64,000 nucleotides of DNA from a virus. Below are positions 56,727 through 64,000 of this stretch, in pieces. The notes beneath the pieces are model-generated. The model ran no database searches, was not told where the DNA came from, and saw only the letters and a program-made list of their open reading frames with translations. The stretch lies in IMG/VR virus record IMGVR_UViG_3300023240_000010; one strand, given 5' to 3'. How positions within the stretch are numbered: the stretch's first letter is position 1; every line of letters starts with the position of its first letter. The translations under genes and the position numbers were made by a program.

Positions 56727-57969
56727 CTTTTGGATTTGTCTGTTTATTTTTACGACGAGCGCGGTTCAGTCTAGCGCGGTCAAGAATACGATCATGTTTA
56801 ATCTTGTCTGTCTGAAGTTCTTGGTCGATAACATCTCTTGCTAAGGCAACTTCATCACCCTTTGCTTCAGTCTGACCAGGAACAAACTTCTTCGCTTTCT
56901 TAGTTGCTTCGGGTGTTCCCCAACCAGGAACGTTAGTCTCGTGCATAGTAGCAAGAACCCGAGAATTAATATCATATTGTTTAGCGATTTGACCCGCGTA
57001 GTATTCGATACCGTGACGCATGGGTTTACCATTCGCTTCTTTCTTCTTACGAGCAACAACATCTTTTAGTACTTTAAGTGCTGCCTGATATCGCTTCTTA
57101 GATACAGTAGATGCTTTAATCTTATCGATCATCTGACCTGTTGGTACTTCTGCTAACTCAACTGATTCTATCCATTGACGAGTGATGCCACCTTCATCTA
57201 ATGCTACGATAACATAGTTAGTACCAATAGTCTGAATGTATCCCGACTTACCTGACTCGCTGATAATAACTTTGTCAGTAAGATTGAATAACTCACCTTG
57301 AATGAATTTCTCTCGTGTCTCTGAGACTGATTCAAGTTCAATGTGATTTCTAAATGTAGTTGTTTCTTTGAGTCCCATCCCACCGCGAACATCATTGAAC
57401 AGACGCTTTGCATCTCTCGCATTCATCGACTTAGGAACGCCTTGAGAGAATGCTGTAAAATCGTTGTTACTAGCATTCTCGCGTTGCTTAGATGCAGACA
57501 TTCCCTCTACGCCTTCGGCATCAGGATCTCGTTCGCCCGCAGAGACAACCATAATCTTTTCGAAGTTATAGAAACCATGTCGTGCTTTCTCACCATTGTA
57601 CTTGTCAAGGAGAGTCTTAAATTCTGTTACACGATCCGAACCAACAACCATTGTAATGCGATTGAAACCTTGATCGAATAGTATTACAGCAATATCAAAC
57701 ACTGTACGTACTTTCTTATCAAGCATTACATTACGACCAAACTTAGGAAACATCTTGCGGACATGCTTCACTTTCTGGTCGTAGGTTAAGGGATCTTTCT
57801 TTGCGTTTTGTGATTGTGAGACATAAGCGAACCAGGGATTCTTGCCCGCTTTAGTAGATAGTGCTGTCAGAAGTTTACCATGTCCGATGGTAGGAGGATT
57901 CATACGACCGAAGGTGAAGAACACTTCACGGTTCTCTTCTACGAGATACTGTTTAAAGGAAGGAATCAT
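56722..57969 (-). CDS. HIGH-superfamily nucleotidyltransferase (cytidylyltransferase/NMNAT-like) with CTS-like leader and C-terminal modules
   Basis: FTFGRMNPPTIGH, VVGSDR and GMSASKQR motifs; MIPSFKQYLVEE. Confidence 0.85.
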   Translation of the reverse strand: MIPSFKQYLVEENREVFFTFGRMNPPTIGHGKLLTALSTKAGKNPWFAYVSQSQNAKKDPLTYDQKVKHVRKMFPKFGRNVMLDKKVRTVFDIAVILFDQGFNRITMVVGSDRVTEFKTLLDKYNGEKARHGFYNFEKIMVVSAGERDPDAEGVEGMSASKQRENASNNDFTAFSQGVPKSMNARDAKRLFNDVRGGMGLKETTTFRNHIELESVSETREKFIQGELFNLTDKVIISESGKSGYIQTIGTNYVIVALDEGGITRQWIESVELAEVPTGQMIDKIKASTVSKKRYQAALKVLKDVVARKKKEANGKPMRHGIEYYAGQIAKQYDINSRVLATMHETNVPGWGTPEATKKAKKFVPGQTEAKGDEVALARDVIDQELQTDKIKHDRILDRARLNRARRKNKQTNPKV

Positions 57970-58400
57970 TTTGGAGTATTTCCACCCTGCCGACGATCTT
58001 TCTCTAATTTACGAATAGCAGGTAAGTTTTTACGTGCAATCATATTTACCTTAGATTTCATCTTCTCGATACGCTTCTCGATCTCTTGACGGCGAGACGC
58101 AGGAACCTCCGATTTTGGTGTGCCCTTAGCGAATTTTTTGAATAGTGTACTGATCGCAGATTTGCGAGCGCGTTTCTGAAGAACTTCCTGACTAGCAGTT
58201 TTCTTAGCGGCACGTCTACGACCCATCGCTATCTTTGCTTTGTTCTTTTTCATCGAGCGACCGCGGGCACGTCTCTGTTGAAAGTCCAGTGCTTCGTCAG
58301 TTTCTTTACGCTGTTTAGCGTTTATCGCCTGCACTCTTTCGCCAGTCTGACTGTAGTCAACTGTTAAAAAGTCTTTAAACGATAATGGTTTATCTGCCAT
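57966..58400 (-). CDS. Highly basic protein, probable internal head/core protein
   Basis: LSFKDFL leader; R/K-rich body. Confidence 0.7.
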   Translation of the reverse strand: MADKPLSFKDFLTVDYSQTGERVQAINAKQRKETDEALDFQQRRARGRSMKKNKAKIAMGRRRAAKKTASQEVLQKRARKSAISTLFKKFAKGTPKSEVPASRRQEIEKRIEKMKSKVNMIARKNLPAIRKLEKDRRQGGNTPK

Positions 58401-58401
58401 C

Positions 58402-59631
58402 TTATTTACCTTTTGGTTTATCCCATCCTTTTAATATATCAGGTGAAAAGTTGTTGTATGAAAACTCCATACGATCAACAAGTTTCACCGCATCACCACC
58501 AAGTGTGTCTATTGCAACATAACCTTCTTGTCCAGTAACTTTGTATCCGTTCTTAGTTTTAACAAACGCACCAATATTACTTAATCTATTAAGGTTATTT
58601 ATAAGTTTTAATTTAACTAATACAATCAATTTCTGCAATTCAAACATCTTAATGAGACTTATTTTGTTTTCTTTGCTGAAGAACTTGAGGATTTCGTCGC
58701 GCTTTGCTTGCTGGGCGCCTTTGCCTTTTTCGGTGCTACGCTTGTCGATTTCTTTTTGGTACTTTTGGTTGATGTAGGCGATGAGTTTTTCGGCGTGCTT
58801 TTTGGAGTCTCCAATAACTTCTCCTCGTCTAACGTAGGTGTTATTAAAGGTCTCGATTGTCTGTGCAAGTCCTGGGTTAGAGGATAATACTCGAAGAGTG
58901 CTTCCAGAGATTTGGTTAAAAAGTTTGCCAATTTGTGATAGAGTTTCATTTACTTCATCCGTTTCTTTTTTAGTCATCGTAGCATTAGACACATCACGCA
59001 ATATAGCATCCTGTGACCAGACGTTCGTTGACTTTTTCATTTTGTTTACATCAACACCATATGATGCGCTCATAGTTTCAAAAGAACTACCTGTATATGT
59101 AGTGTGCCATACAATGCCTATTTTAGAAGCAAGTAGTTCTTTAGATTGTGTTACGGGTACTGCATACACGATTGTGTTAGGGTGAAAGGTAAGATATGTT
59201 TCTGTGCCGATCTTCTTCTTCTTTAGTTCAGAACGCTTGTATAGAAAGTCGCCTTGAATGACTCCTTTAATACCAAGTTCAGGTAAGTACTTCAATGCAA
59301 GTTTTAGTTTGTCATTGAGATCGCCAGATGTATCGTCATCGATGTCAGCATCAGTCTTGTATATCTTTGGATTCTTATTGAAGATGCCTTTCTTAGCAAC
59401 AAAGAACTTACCGTCAGAGGGATCAGTGCCGGCAAATACTGCTGGTGCGCCGTCCCACTTAACTGATACAGAACCTTCTTTCTTACCGCCAAGCATATCT
59501 CTTAACTCACGAAGAGCATTGATTGCTTGACGAGTTCCATCAGCACCACCGTAGATCACCTTATCTTCGATGTGGGTCATATGGGTATTCTTTTGTGCCG
59601 CTTCTGTAATGAACTCGTTAAAATTATCCAC
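58402..59631 (-). CDS. Ligase-fold (KxDG) nucleotidyltransferase, DUF6267-like, with CTS-like leader
   Basis: SVKWDGAP (motif I), IQGDF (III), EGYV (IV) and VKLV (V); MDNFNEFITE. Confidence 0.72.
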   Translation of the reverse strand: MDNFNEFITEAAQKNTHMTHIEDKVIYGGADGTRQAINALRELRDMLGGKKEGSVSVKWDGAPAVFAGTDPSDGKFFVAKKGIFNKNPKIYKTDADIDDDTSGDLNDKLKLALKYLPELGIKGVIQGDFLYKRSELKKKKIGTETYLTFHPNTIVYAVPVTQSKELLASKIGIVWHTTYTGSSFETMSASYGVDVNKMKKSTNVWSQDAILRDVSNATMTKKETDEVNETLSQIGKLFNQISGSTLRVLSSNPGLAQTIETFNNTYVRRGEVIGDSKKHAEKLIAYINQKYQKEIDKRSTEKGKGAQQAKRDEILKFFSKENKISLIKMFELQKLIVLVKLKLINNLNRLSNIGAFVKTKNGYKVTGQEGYVAIDTLGGDAVKLVDRMEFSYNNFSPDILKGWDKPKGK

Positions 59632-59944
59632 GTGTTACCACCATACTTATTTTGGTAATGTCTTCTTCCCACATCTCTCTATCTAACGTCAATGAACTTC
59701 TTCTCCAATCGGAGATGTATGGTCTACCAGTTCGAACCTTGGGAAAGTATTCGAAGTATCTTATATTCATTTTACTCAACTCTGGTATAGATACTCCAAT
59801 GGTTTGTACAATATTTCCTTTATAGTAAAGTTCCACCACTTCGTCCTCAAAGTATTTCTTAGTACCATACACTACTTTGAAGTCTGACTTCTTAGGATTA
59901 TCTATTTTTGTCTTCTCTGCGATGAACTCTTTAAAATTATTCAT
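59624..59944 (-). CDS. Small protein with CTS-like leader
   Basis: MNNFKEFIAEK starting at 59944. Confidence 0.7.
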   Translation of the reverse strand: MNNFKEFIAEKTKIDNPKKSDFKVVYGTKKYFEDEVVELYYKGNIVQTIGVSIPELSKMNIRYFEYFPKVRTGRPYISDWRRSSLTLDREMWEEDITKISMVVTRG

Positions 59945-60233
59945 GATCAGCAATCCACCTTTCAACTTCTGCTTTCGCTATAGTAACATTCTTATAACCG
60001 CTAACAGGGTATCTTGGACTATATGATGCTGGATGCATATCAAAGACTGTAGGCATCACTTTCTGACTGCCATCTTTATTAAATTTCATAGAATCAGCAC
60101 CAGATATACGTATTTGATACATACCATCAGAAGTAACGTGTTTGTACACCATCCTTTTATTCACGTATCCGTCAGCAACTTTATTCCACTTTACTTTAGT
60201 GGATTCTTCGAGATGGGTCTTAAATGACTTCAT
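59937..60233 (-). CDS. Small protein with CTS-like leader
   Basis: MKSFKTHLEES. Confidence 0.72.
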   Translation of the reverse strand: MKSFKTHLEESTKVKWNKVADGYVNKRMVYKHVTSDGMYQIRISGADSMKFNKDGSQKVMPTVFDMHPASYSPRYPVSGYKNVTIAKAEVERWIADHE

Positions 60234-60265
60234 ATTTCTCTCTTAGTTCTAGTAAGTAATATGCT

Positions 60266-60293
60266 ATTATAACATACTGGTACTGGTTGTCAA
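60266..60293 (-). promoter_or_regulatory. sigma70 promoter TTGACA-N16-TATAAT with extended -10 TG
   Basis: Read directly from the sequence. Confidence 0.8.
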
Positions 60294-60300
60294 CCTTTTA

Positions 60301-61125
60301 TTATGCGTTAAGTACACTATTTTCAACTACAACTAAATCAAACGAACAGGATATGGAATTGTTATTCGCACCAATTGCTCTCACATCAATATCAGTCTTT
60401 TCGGTCAACTTAATTGGTGACGAATATTTGATTGTGTGATCCATTCGATGTAAGAACGTACCGCCAACTACACGGAACGCACCACCGAATGGACGTGCAA
60501 ACATAGCAACTTCCACATCAGTACTCTTATTTGAGGTCATCTGTATAGTGGTTAGAAATCCAGTACAACCCGCAGGAATAGTATATAATGACTGTAGTGT
60601 TTGACCACGACCTGCTTTAATCTCTGTAATAACTGTGGGTGTTGCATTCTTTACAATAATATTACCAACATTAGTAGCAATGCCTGACATAAATGCGCGA
60701 CTGACTCGATGAAATACTTTACTGCCTGTTACCGCAGACGTACCCGTCAAGGTGAGTGTCTCGGTTTGGAATGCATAATTGACATCCAATCCTTCTAGTG
60801 TTACAGTAGTAGTATCAGAACCCGAAGTAGATACTACAGTAACAACACTGGCGTCTCCGATTGCAGGCCAAGGATACAACTGTTGACCATCAGTTTCCGC
60901 ACCAGTCCATACAGTGTTCCAACCAGTACCGTTAGTGCCATCACAAGAACCGTATTTATGTACAGCAGTGTAACCCGAAACATCACCATTTGCTAATGGG
61001 ATGTTAGATGCCGCTCCAAAGGTGCTGATGATATTACCATCTTTATCACCGAGCAATTGAACATCATGCAAATCGCCGTTATTGTCGGGATAATGACTTG
61101 CTCTATTTACTGAATATTGTGCCAT
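60301..61125 (-). CDS. Hypothetical beta-rich protein, probably structural
   Basis: T/G/V-rich; YTIPAGCTGFL and EKTDIDVRA. Confidence 0.7.
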   Translation of the reverse strand: MAQYSVNRASHYPDNNGDLHDVQLLGDKDGNIISTFGAASNIPLANGDVSGYTAVHKYGSCDGTNGTGWNTVWTGAETDGQQLYPWPAIGDASVVTVVSTSGSDTTTVTLEGLDVNYAFQTETLTLTGTSAVTGSKVFHRVSRAFMSGIATNVGNIIVKNATPTVITEIKAGRGQTLQSLYTIPAGCTGFLTTIQMTSNKSTDVEVAMFARPFGGAFRVVGGTFLHRMDHTIKYSSPIKLTEKTDIDVRAIGANNNSISCSFDLVVVENSVLNA

Positions 61126-61134
61126 ATGTGCCTC

Positions 61135-62586
61135 TTATGCTATTTTTATATAATAACTAGATTGGTCTGTTGCAGAAGATGCATACAACCAGCACAAAGT
61201 CATTATTTCGTTCTGCTCTTTGGCAGGTAGTTTTATTAACTCATTTATGAATCTACTGGTAATGTATTTTGATACTCTAAAACCATCTGTCACTTGACTG
61301 AGTTTCTTATCAAACTCTACTTCGGACATCGGCACTTCTTGCCTTAGGTTCTTAGAACTTTTCGCTAAATTAACATACAACTTATAGAAATCATTACTAT
61401 ATTTAGTATTATTATTTATTTCATTTCTGATGAGAATGTCTTCAGTTCCTAATGCACCGAACATCTTAACTCTACCTTTAGTGACTAGATTTAGATAGAA
61501 CGCTAAGTTACCACCACCAATCTTACCGCCTGCTGCCGCCGCACCAGTAATCTGTCCCTGCCAAGATGATGTAGTAGAGAATGTTCTTAACTGCATTCTG
61601 CCCTGTACTGCTGTATACAAGTAGGCATCAGTAGATGAGAAGAAGTTATTGATTTGACCGAAGGTAAAATGTGAGAATGAGATATCATCGAATGTCTTGG
61701 TGCCAGGAATATTGAACTCTTGTACTTTACCCATTCCTGACAATCTCTTCAGAGATATGCCTAGAATCTTAGCATCGCCTCCGAAAGCACCACTTAGTCT
61801 TGCCACTGCATCATTAAGTTCACCCCAAGAATCTGTGAAGTCGTGCAGAGGTTTTGCTTCGTTAGGTAATGTTGTTGCCCATATGTCACCAGGATTCCAT
61901 TTGTCATTAGAGAAACTGCCAGGTGCTTGAGGTTCACCAGACTGTCGATCCTTTCTAGCACAAATCAACTTCGCTTGATAGATATTGTCCATCAACTTAG
62001 ACTTACTGCCATCACCAGAACGATGAAAGTATACAGTACCCTTGAACTTGCCTTTATATTTTTCAAACATTGCATTAGCAGTCTTAGCATATATCTGATC
62101 GTCGAACCACGCAGAGGGTCCTTTCTTGATACAATCATCAAATGACTTAGATGCGTATACCAGATTCTCACATGATTTTAGTTCATCAGTAGTAGGAGGT
62201 TTCTTCAGATCGATCTTACGTCCATGCTTGAACACATAGGCACAATAGTAGCACTGTGTAGACTCAGTGAACTTGGTTACTTCAGCACCACCACCTGATC
62301 CTGCTTTGCCTCCACCGAAGTCTGCATCTTTAAATATCTTTCTATTTGATACAGTTAATAGATCGTTCTTGTTGTGAATGTAGTAAGTTAATATGCCGGA
62401 CTGATTTGTGTCGCGTGGATTATAATCATAGGAAACGCCGTTGACCTTTCTGCCTGCACCGGTGTTTCCTATGATGAATTGCTTTTTGTCTTTTATTTTC
62501 AGATCGAAAATTTCGTGACGAGTCTTTCCAGCATAAGTGCCACCAGACGCCTGCTTCTCGAAATCTGCTTTCTGTAATGCTGCCAT
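61135..62586 (-). CDS. Late-expressed PD-(D/E)XK restriction-endonuclease-like protein
   Basis: TESTQC, DKWNPGDIW and ILGISLK motifs. Confidence 0.6.
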   Translation of the reverse strand: MAALQKADFEKQASGGTYAGKTRHEIFDLKIKDKKQFIIGNTGAGRKVNGVSYDYNPRDTNQSGILTYYIHNKNDLLTVSNRKIFKDADFGGGKAGSGGGAEVTKFTESTQCYYCAYVFKHGRKIDLKKPPTTDELKSCENLVYASKSFDDCIKKGPSAWFDDQIYAKTANAMFEKYKGKFKGTVYFHRSGDGSKSKLMDNIYQAKLICARKDRQSGEPQAPGSFSNDKWNPGDIWATTLPNEAKPLHDFTDSWGELNDAVARLSGAFGGDAKILGISLKRLSGMGKVQEFNIPGTKTFDDISFSHFTFGQINNFFSSTDAYLYTAVQGRMQLRTFSTTSSWQGQITGAAAAGGKIGGGNLAFYLNLVTKGRVKMFGALGTEDILIRNEINNNTKYSNDFYKLYVNLAKSSKNLRQEVPMSEVEFDKKLSQVTDGFRVSKYITSRFINELIKLPAKEQNEIMTLCWLYASSATDQSSYYIKIA

Positions 62587-62607
62587 AAATCCCTCGATAT
62601 TATGTTC

Positions 62608-62615
62608 TATTTATA
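62608..62615 (-). promoter_or_regulatory. T4-type late promoter TATAAATA
   Basis: Exact consensus ~20 nt upstream of the ATG at 62586. Confidence 0.8.
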
Positions 62616-62635
62616 AGGGACTGAGAAACGTGTTA

Positions 62636-62661
62636 GGGAGTAGCACATAACGCCACTCCCC
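62636..62661 (-). terminator. GC-rich hairpin after the HAD gene (possible terminator or processing stem)
   Basis: GGGAGTGGC...GCTACTCCC stem; weak U-tract. Confidence 0.4.
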
Positions 62662-62669
62662 ATAACTTA

Positions 62670-63248
62670 TTAACCTACAAGTCTCTCATAGATGTCTTTC
62701 CAGTTTTTCATACAAGGAATAGTCTCGTGGTTCATGTTGAATCCGTGTTCCATCAGAACACTATCTAATCCCAACTCAACACCCAACTCAGCATTTTGAA
62801 TCTTGTCTTCTACCCAGAGAAGACCGCTATCACGATAGGGTTCTAGTGCTTCGTCTTTGTCATCACCACAACCAAGGATTGTGAACTTCGCGAATAGAGT
62901 TTCACCAAACAACTTCTGAAGATTCATGATACGTAACTTCTGTGCGTTTGGGTTACTGCTCTGACTAGTGATTGCGTGGAAAACATATCCATGCTCTTCG
63001 TGCAACTTCTTCATGTAGTGCATTGCATCACGCAGAGGCGGTAAGAATCCCATTGCGGCACTCTCGTTAAACATGCGAACCATGTGCTTGCCTGTCTCAC
63101 GAGATATACCATATGCAGTACTCACATCGTATACTGGAACACCATCTCTTTGATTATGACCATGTTCTGTCATAAAAACATCAAACGCATATGCCCAGTT
63201 TAGAACTACACCGTCGATGTCTGTTAATATTACTTTTTCTTCTGTCAA
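62670..63248 (-). CDS. HAD-family phosphatase (5'(3')-deoxyribonucleotidase / T4 30.2-like), TTG start
   Basis: ILTDIDGVVLNW, HAITS and WVEDK motifs. Confidence 0.85.
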   Translation of the reverse strand: MTEEKVILTDIDGVVLNWAYAFDVFMTEHGHNQRDGVPVYDVSTAYGISRETGKHMVRMFNESAAMGFLPPLRDAMHYMKKLHEEHGYVFHAITSQSSNPNAQKLRIMNLQKLFGETLFAKFTILGCGDDKDEALEPYRDSGLLWVEDKIQNAELGVELGLDSVLMEHGFNMNHETIPCMKNWKDIYERLVG

Positions 63249-63524
63249 TTAAATTTCCTCTACACAAAATATTTGTTTAAAAATCTTTTTGTTAGTGCGA
63301 ATCTCCGCAAAGGGAAAACCACTCACTTCTTCTTCACCAATCTCAACACTAACACGCGCTCTGCCTTGTGATTGGAGTTCTAAGTCTTCAGCAATTCCCA
63401 TTGCTTTATTTTTTACCACGTCATACAACTCGCGAATAGTAATTGCTTCTCGGACAGTCTTGTCGAAGTAAGCATCGTTTTCAACTTGATTTGCAGTAAT
63501 AACAGTAATTCTATCAATAATCAT
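63249..63524 (-). CDS. Hypothetical protein
   Basis: Likely start MIIDRI at 63524, just after the upstream stop. Confidence 0.6.
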   Translation of the reverse strand: MIIDRITVITANQVENDAYFDKTVREAITIRELYDVVKNKAMGIAEDLELQSQGRARVSVEIGEEEVSGFPFAEIRTNKKIFKQIFCVEEI

Positions 63525-63525
63525 A

Positions 63526-63909
63526 TTAAACACCAACCTTATTAAATTTAACAGCATCTTTCGGAGCAGGGAGAATCCACTGACCGTTGAAGTATCCACG
63601 AATAACTCTATCTGCTTGCTTCAGAACAGCAACAACAGACAGGTCTTTTTCGTCATAACCAATCATCTGATCAAGTGCGGTCAACGCTTCTTGACCACTT
63701 GTGTATTCGAATGTCTTAGTGACACTGCCCTTCTTATATTGAACACTGAAGTGGCGAAGTGTTTCCATCTCTGCCTCATGTCGCTCATGATCATCGATGA
63801 TTTGATTACACAGTGACAAAGGCACTTTGTTTATACGCTTCTCTAGCGTCTCATCAAGGATAACTCGGCGAAGGTTTGCGGGGATTTCATTGTAATCATT
63901 ATATAACAT
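63526..63909 (-). CDS. Hypothetical early protein
   Basis: First ORF after a sigma70 promoter; GAGAG SD. Confidence 0.7.
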   Translation of the reverse strand: MLYNDYNEIPANLRRVILDETLEKRINKVPLSLCNQIIDDHERHEAEMETLRHFSVQYKKGSVTKTFEYTSGQEALTALDQMIGYDEKDLSVVAVLKQADRVIRGYFNGQWILPAPKDAVKFNKVGV

Positions 63910-63938
63910 ATTTTATCTCTCTCTCAATTCGTACAACC

Positions 63939-63966
63939 ATTATAACATATTCACACAGGGTGTCAA
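63939..63966 (-). promoter_or_regulatory. sigma70 promoter TTGACA-N16-TATAAT with extended -10 TG
   Basis: Read directly from the sequence. Confidence 0.8.
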
Positions 63967-64000
63967 CACTTTTCACATTTTTCTCATGAATAGTGATTAT

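Noticed and set aside
1-64000. tRNA or rRNA genes, integrase, transposase
   Set aside because: None was recognised by eye; intergenic gaps are short and lack cloverleaf signatures. A tRNAscan run would confirm.

Overview
The window is a 64-kb piece of a T4-like myophage genome, probably marine, with a heterotrophic proteobacterial host rather than a cyanobacterial one. The evidence is a gammaproteobacteria-like IscU, a hemO-pcyX pair, phoH and thyX, with no photosynthesis genes in view. Almost all genes are on the minus strand. Layout: (1) 1-21075, baseplate/tail module. It holds a >1026-aa protein with a ~600-aa acidic Tyr-every-4th-residue repeat that the ORF track missed, a DUF4815/VrlC-like protein, gp8, gp6, gp25, a gp5 split over several genes, a gp27-like gene, gp53 and gp48. 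(2) 21126-25615, plus-strand block of gp4, gp2, gp54, an inserted iscU, gp26, a -1-frame gp51-like ORF behind a slippery T TTT TTC, and a tape-measure-like gene. (3) 25698-33200, gp32, gp33, a DenV-like glycosylase with an ATT start, thyX, pcyX/hemO, a DNA-glycosyltransferase-like pair and an exonuclease. (4) 33227-43400, a contiguous glycan-building cluster (GT25/GT8-like, methyltransferases, two radical SAMs, a 2OG oxygenase). (5) Lysozyme, phoH, a kinase, endonuclease II, a carbamoyltransferase, nrdB and an nrdA-glutaredoxin fusion. (6) 51940-60233, a run of genes sharing an N-terminal MKxFKxFIxE leader like the T4 capsid-targeting sequence, including a KxDG ligase-fold protein and a HIGH-type nucleotidyltransferase. 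Near-perfect sigma70 promoters and T4 late promoters (TATAAATA) can be read directly. All protein calls come from motif recognition by eye; no database search was run.
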